DNA of 32,000 nt, from NCBI RefSeq assembly GCF_001457595.1, contig NZ_LN831039.1, forward strand, positions 6,630,001 to 6,662,000. Direction: 5' to 3'. Within the stretch, counting starts at the first letter, position 1; each line of letters opens with the position of its first letter. The notes under the pieces are model-generated. The model worked only from the letters and a program-made list of their open reading frames with translations. It made no database searches and had not been told where the DNA came from. The translations under genes and the position numbers were made by a program. This document shows, piece after piece, positions 25,595 through 32,000 of the stretch. The stretch is from Mycolicibacterium smegmatis. Its GTDB lineage: Bacteria; Actinomycetota; Actinomycetes; Mycobacteriales; Mycobacteriaceae.

Positions 25595-27148
25595 ATGCCG
25601 GCGATGACCGACGAAGACCTGCGCGACGACCTCGCGGAAGTCCTGCGCCGACGCGCACTCACCCAGGACGACGCACGGCCCGACGCCGTCGAGCGCAGGC
25701 ACGCGTCCGGGGCCCGCACGGCGCGGCAGAACATCGCCGACCTGGTCGACGACGGATCGTTCGTCGAGTACGGACGCTTCGCCATCGCCGCACAGCGTCA
25801 GCGTCGCAGCCTCGACGACCTGATCGCGCGTACCCCGGCCGACGGTCTGGTGGCGGGCACCGCGCGCGTCGACGGGAAGCCGTGCGCGGTGTTGTCCTAC
25901 GACTACACGGTTCTCGCGGGCACGCAGGGCGCTCTGGGCCATCTCAAGAAGGACCGGCTGTTCGATCTCATCGAGCGGATGCGCCTCCCCACAGTGTTTT
26001 TCGCCGAGGGCGGCGGCGGCCGCCCGGGTGACACCGACATCCCCACGGTGTCCTCGCTGGACGTGCGGGCGTTCAAGCTCTGGGCCGCGCTGTCCGGTCT
26101 GGTACCTCGCATCGCCGTGGTCAGGGGCCGCTGCTTCGCGGGCAACGCGGTGATCGCAGGCGCGGCCGACCTCATCGTCGCAACCGAGGACACCTCGATC
26201 GGCATGGGCGGACCGGCGATGATCGCAGGCGGCGGTCTGGGTGAGGTCGCGCCTGAGGACGTCGGACCGATCTCGGTACAGGCGCCCAACGGCGTCGTCG
26301 ACATCGTGGTGGCCGACGAGCCCGAGGCCGTCGCGGTCACCAAGACGCTGCTGGGATATTTCGGCGGAACCGTCGCCGCCGGGCCTGAACGTGACCAAAC
26401 ACCGCTGCGCACAATGGTTCCCGAACGTGCCCGGCGGGCATACCCCGTCGGCCCCGTCATCGAGACGCTCGCCGACGAGGGTTCGGTGACCTATCTGCGG
26501 GAGAAGTTCGCCCCGGAGATGGTCACGGCGTTCGCCCGCATGGCCGGCCGCCCGGTCGGCATCCTCGCCAACAACACCATGGTCATGGCGGGCGCCATCA
26601 CCGCGACCGCGTCCGACAAGGCCGCACGGTTCCTGCAACTGTGCGACGCCTTCGGGATTCCGGTGGTCTCGCTCGTCGACTGCCCGGGTTACATGGTCGG
26701 CCCGGCCGCGGAGGCCGAGGCGCTGGTGCGACGTGGTTCGCGGCTCCTCGTCGCCGGTGCGGCGCTGACCGTGCCGTTGATCGCGGTGATCCTGCGTCGC
26801 GGGTACGGCCTTGGCGCGCAGGCGATGTGCGGCGGAAGTCTGCACGAACCGCTGCTCACGGTGGCCTGGCCGGGTGCGCATCTCGGGCCCATGGGACTCG
26901 AGGGGGCGGTGCGTCTGGGGATGCGCAAGGAACTGGGGGCGATCGAGAACGAGGACGCGCGCGAGGAGGCCGTCCGCGCCGCGACGAAGGCCGCCGAGGA
27001 GCATGCGAAGGCGCTCAACTCGGCGTCGATGTTCGAGATCGACGATGTCATCGACCCGGCCGAAACCCGGTCGGTGATCATTTCCACCCTTGTCGCGGCC
27101 GCACACCACGAACACGCGAACAGGCCCAGATTCGTCGACACCTGGTAG
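25595..27148 (+). CDS. Carboxyltransferase (acyl-CoA carboxylase beta-subunit-like)
   Basis: 517 aa. It shows two-domain carboxyltransferase patterns (VLSYDYTVLAGTQGALG, FAEGGGGRPGD, CPGYMVGPAAE). ATG 25604 is an alternative start with better spacing from GGGAGGA. No biotin carboxylase or BCCP gene is nearby. Confidence 0.85.
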   Translation: MPAMTDEDLRDDLAEVLRRRALTQDDARPDAVERRHASGARTARQNIADLVDDGSFVEYGRFAIAAQRQRRSLDDLIARTPADGLVAGTARVDGKPCAVLSYDYTVLAGTQGALGHLKKDRLFDLIERMRLPTVFFAEGGGGRPGDTDIPTVSSLDVRAFKLWAALSGLVPRIAVVRGRCFAGNAVIAGAADLIVATEDTSIGMGGPAMIAGGGLGEVAPEDVGPISVQAPNGVVDIVVADEPEAVAVTKTLLGYFGGTVAAGPERDQTPLRTMVPERARRAYPVGPVIETLADEGSVTYLREKFAPEMVTAFARMAGRPVGILANNTMVMAGAITATASDKAARFLQLCDAFGIPVVSLVDCPGYMVGPAAEAEALVRRGSRLLVAGAALTVPLIAVILRRGYGLGAQAMCGGSLHEPLLTVAWPGAHLGPMGLEGAVRLGMRKELGAIENEDAREEAVRAATKAAEEHAKALNSASMFEIDDVIDPAETRSVIISTLVAAAHHEHANRPRFVDTW

Positions 27149-27195
27149 CCAGAAGCCGTTGACTACACGCTGTAGTAGTCGCAGCGCTGTTCCAT

Positions 27196-27458
27196 GTGAT
27201 CCGTCCGGGCCTGGTGCTGTGCCGGCGCACGTCGTGGTCCGTCGTCTATCTCCTGCTGGCCGCCGTCGGGGGCGCGGTACCCGGCGGCTGGGCGTTGTTC
27301 TCCAACCAGGGGCCTACATCTTTGCCCTCCCCGACAACTTCACCGACGCCATCGTGCATCTGGTTACCGCCGCGGTGATGTTCGGCGTCGCCGCGGTGCA
27401 GATCCGCAGGGACGGCGGGCTGTATGACTCGCTCGGCGAGCTAAGCCTCAAGAGTTGA
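27196..27458 (+). pseudogene. Small DUF4383-like membrane protein, apparently frameshifted at a G4 run
   Basis: Frame A (27196..) reads SWSVVYLLLAAVGGAVPGGWALFSNQG. Frame B continues AYIFALPDNFTDAIVHLVTAAVMFGVAAVQIRRDGG to the stop at 27458. The switch coincides with GGGG at 27309-27312. The family assignment rests only on pattern memory. Confidence 0.3.
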
Positions 27459-27735
27459 CGGCGCGCCTTAGCTGACCTTGATTGCAGATAACAATTCGAT
27501 CACCACGCAGATCACGATCATTTAAGAGCGTCGGACCGACTCTGAGAATCGTCTCGCTGACAGCGGAATTTCCGCGCGAATTGAGGCGTAATTCACGCGC
27601 AATGGGTGTAACGCTCCCGCAAAGGTCACCGGCTGCCGATGCAGCGACGTTTTGCTCGCGGCAAACATGGCTACTTTTGATTCGGGCGGGGAAAACAGCC
27701 ATCGACATCGCGATTCGCGACACGAAGGAATGATC

Positions 27736-28134
27736 ATGAAATTCACTGGAATCACCACACGCCGCGGACTCGCCGGCATCTGCGCTTCCGGTCTGCTCGG
27801 GGGCATGGCCGCGGCGGTCATCGCGGCGCCGACCGCATCGGCCGCGCCGGACTGCAGCGCGAGCGGCGTGGCCAACACGGTCAGCATGGCAACCGGTGCG
27901 GCCAAGTCGTACCTCGACACCCACCCGGGTGCCAACCAGGCTGTCAGCACGGCGCTGACCCAACCGCGTGACCAGGCCGCTGCGACGTTGCGCGGTTACT
28001 TCACATCCAACCCGCAGGAGTACTACGACCTGCGCGGCATCCTGTCGCCGATCGGTGACACGCAGCGCACGTGCAACGTCACGGCGCTGTCACCCGAACT
28101 GTCGGCCGCGTACAACGAGTTCATGGCCGGCTGA
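27736..28134 (+). CDS. Secreted hemophore-related protein (Rv0203 family)
   Basis: ATG 27736 is 6 nt after GAAGGA. It has a signal peptide ending ASAAP. The mature part runs from DCSASGV through YLDTHPGANQ, YFTSNPQEYYDL and QRTC, so it has the two-Cys frame of the family. Confidence 0.75.
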   Translation: MKFTGITTRRGLAGICASGLLGGMAAAVIAAPTASAAPDCSASGVANTVSMATGAAKSYLDTHPGANQAVSTALTQPRDQAAATLRGYFTSNPQEYYDLRGILSPIGDTQRTCNVTALSPELSAAYNEFMAG

Positions 28135-28154
28135 TCTCGCCGGCTGATCTCGCC
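28129..28154 (+). repeat. Perfect 13-bp tandem duplication GGCTGATCTCGCC x2 spanning the hemophore stop codon
   Basis: Copies at 28129-28141 and 28142-28154 were read directly. Confidence 0.8.
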
Positions 28155-28173
28155 GACGATCCCCGCAGAGGAA

Positions 28174-28201
28174 CTGCCCGCCGCCCCCGGGCGGCGGGCA
28201 G
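28174..28201 (+). terminator. Strong GC hairpin CTGCCCGCCGCCC/GGGCGGCGGGCAG (up to 13 bp)
   Basis: A near-perfect 28-nt palindrome 40 nt after the hemophore stop, followed by GCCTGACTTTGTG. Confidence 0.6.
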
Positions 28202-28246
28202 GCCTGACTTTGTGAACACAAGTGAGATCCGCCATATCCTGGTCGG

Positions 28247-28696
28247 ATGGGACGCAAGAACGTCGAGGGTTTCGACTGCTCCGTCGCGCGTAGCCTCGCT
28301 GTCCTCGGTGAGCGCTGGACCATCCTGATCCTCCGCGAGGCCCTGCTGGGAACACGGCGGTTCGCCGATTTCCAATCCCGGCTCGGGATCGGGGCCGACA
28401 TGCTCAGCGACCGACTCTCGACGCTCGTGGAGTACGGCGTGATGACCAAACAGCCTTATCGGGAGCCTGGCCAGCGTCCGCGTGCGGAGTATCTCCTGAC
28501 GCCCGCAGGGCGGGAGTTGCACGTGCTGGTGGCCGCGCTGCAGCAGTGGGGCGACCGGCACCTGCCCCGTCCCGCCGGTCCGACGATGACACGCAAGGCC
28601 AGGCGCACCGACCGTCCGGTGCGGGTCGCGTTCATCGACGATCTGGGTGACGAGGTCCCCATCAACGACGTTGTCAGCATCCCGACCGGTAATTGA
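28247..28696 (+). CDS. HxlR-family winged-helix transcriptional regulator
   Basis: 149 aa. Contains CSVARSLAVLGERWTILILREALLGTRRFADFQSRLGIGADMLSDRLSTLVEYGVM. Confidence 0.85.
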   Translation: MGRKNVEGFDCSVARSLAVLGERWTILILREALLGTRRFADFQSRLGIGADMLSDRLSTLVEYGVMTKQPYREPGQRPRAEYLLTPAGRELHVLVAALQQWGDRHLPRPAGPTMTRKARRTDRPVRVAFIDDLGDEVPINDVVSIPTGN

Positions 28697-28778
28697 GGGA
28701 ACAATTGCTGGATCATCCGTAGTTCTGGGTCCATATAACCAAGTCAGCCTGTTCGCAGGCCATACCGAGGAGTCAGCC

Positions 28779-29447
28779 GTGAAGATCCAGGGATCCGTAG
28801 CCTTCGTCACCGGAGCCAATCGCGGCTTGGGCCGCCAGTTCGCCGAACAACTGCTCGCCCGCGGGGCCAAGGTCTACGCGGGGGCGCGCAACCCCGAGAC
28901 CGTCACCCTCGACGGCGTGATCCCGGTACGGATCGACATCACCGACCCGGCGTCGGTGCAGGCCGCCGCCGAGCTGGCGGCCGATACCACCATTCTTGTC
29001 AACAACGCGGGCACCACCAGCTACAACGGACTGCTCGACGGCCCGATGGACGACATCCGCGCCCAGATGGAATCCCACTTCTTCGGCACCTTGAACGTCA
29101 CGCGGGCATTTGTCCCGCATCTCGTGGCCAACGCCCCCGGCGCGATCCTGAACATCGCGTCGATCCTGTCGTGGAAGCACATCCCCGGTATCGGGGCATA
29201 CGCGGCGGCCAAGGCCGCGCTGTGGGCCCAAACCGATGCTGTCCGTGAGGAATTAGCGCCCAAAGGTGTCGCGGTGACCGGTCTCTACGTGGGGTTCATG
29301 GATACCGACATGGCGGCCGGTGTCGATGCGGAGAAGTCCGACCCCGCGCACATCGCCGCGGCCGCCCTCGACGGCGTGGAGGCCGGCGTGGCCGAGGTCC
29401 TCGGCGACGAGCAGACCCGCGCGGTGAAGGCGAGCCTTTCCGCCTGA
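28779..29447 (+). CDS. Classical short-chain dehydrogenase/reductase
   Basis: GTG 28779 is 6 nt after GAGGAG. It has VTGANRGLG, NNAG and YAAAKAAL. Confidence 0.85.
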   Translation: MKIQGSVAFVTGANRGLGRQFAEQLLARGAKVYAGARNPETVTLDGVIPVRIDITDPASVQAAAELAADTTILVNNAGTTSYNGLLDGPMDDIRAQMESHFFGTLNVTRAFVPHLVANAPGAILNIASILSWKHIPGIGAYAAAKAALWAQTDAVREELAPKGVAVTGLYVGFMDTDMAAGVDAEKSDPAHIAAAALDGVEAGVAEVLGDEQTRAVKASLSA

Positions 29448-29532
29448 GACCGCATCGCGGAACCGAATCGCCTTGATAACGGGGGGGTTACGCCAGGCGT
29501 GGCCCCGGGTTGGCCGCGGCACGCGTTGTTAG

Positions 29533-31889
<2,357 letters not shown>

Positions 31890-31912
31890 GGGGCGTTATT
31901 TATGGTGGCCTG

Positions 31913-32000
31913 ATGAGCAGCGTCGCTGAAGCGGACCTGGTGGCCGAGCGGGCCCGCCAGGTCGTCTCCGAGCATGACCCGAAAAGCGTTCCGATACCGC
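31913..32000 (+). CDS. Partial CDS, probably an acyl-CoA dehydrogenase N-terminus (runs off the right edge)
   Basis: ATG 31913 gives MSSVAEADLVAERARQVVSEHDPKSVPIP. This resembles the N-termini of mycobacterial FadE proteins. Only 29 codons are visible. Confidence 0.35.
   Translation, partial: MSSVAEADLVAERARQVVSEHDPKSVPIP

Noticed and set aside
25553-27115. Upstream 520 codons of the 667-aa minus-strand ORF that ends in the PPOX gene
   Set aside because: Only the last 146 codons look like a PPOX protein. The rest is antisense to the carboxyltransferase and is compositionally a shadow frame.
27498-27519. Cluster of three GATC sites as a possible Dam-methylation switch
   Set aside because: I know of no Dam system in mycobacteria. 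The pattern is more simply a GATCAC direct repeat.
29481-29487. G7 homopolymer upstream of the Ag85 gene as a phase-variation tract
   Set aside because: It lies about 45 nt upstream of the putative -10, with no clear -35 relationship, so the idea cannot be supported from sequence alone.

Overview
This is a densely coding, high-G+C actinobacterial chromosome segment. The gene content points to a fast-growing Mycobacterium/Mycolicibacterium: the IrtA/IrtB siderophore importer, an antigen-85-type mycolyltransferase, an Rv0203-type hemophore-related protein, an Rv2717c-type nitrobindin, and a DUF222/HNH REP13E12-family gene behind a perfect TCGAAC-N4-GTTCGA SOS box. I can support about 33 protein-coding genes and two probably frameshifted genes (a PAS/LuxR regulator and a small DUF4383-like membrane protein). 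I found no rRNA, tRNA or CRISPR. Left to right the blocks are: (i) a lower-G+C gene for a Pro-rich membrane protein with an internally duplicated ectodomain; (ii) tetR-irtA-irtB joined by overlapping stop/start codons; (iii) TetR plus enoyl-CoA hydratase, with a convergent SDR and a small secreted Gly/Trp/Cys-rich peptide; (iv) a TetR-controlled operon of epimerase, fused double acyl-CoA dehydrogenase, Ltp thiolase-like protein and DUF35; (v) a GyrA-hairpin-like + GNAT protein behind a His-rich 51-aa ORF; (vi) a frameshifted LuxR; (vii) an overlapped PepSY_TM, PCu(A)C and Tat-DyP operon preceded by a His-studded membrane protein; (viii) a methyltransferase; (ix) an SOS-box DUF222/HNH gene with internal and flanking repeats; (x) nitrobindin + serine hydrolase, PPOX/F420 protein, carboxyltransferase, hemophore, HxlR + SDR, Ag85 with a Pro/Ala tail, an NDH-2-like flavoprotein and a partial ACAD. 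The best candidates for something undescribed are the PepSY-PCuAC-DyP-(His-TM) envelope redox/metal module, the secreted Gly/Trp/Cys-rich peptide, and the His-rich micro-ORF + GyrA-like-GNAT pair. All identifications come from motif recognition by eye and no database search was run. Coordinates include stop codons.
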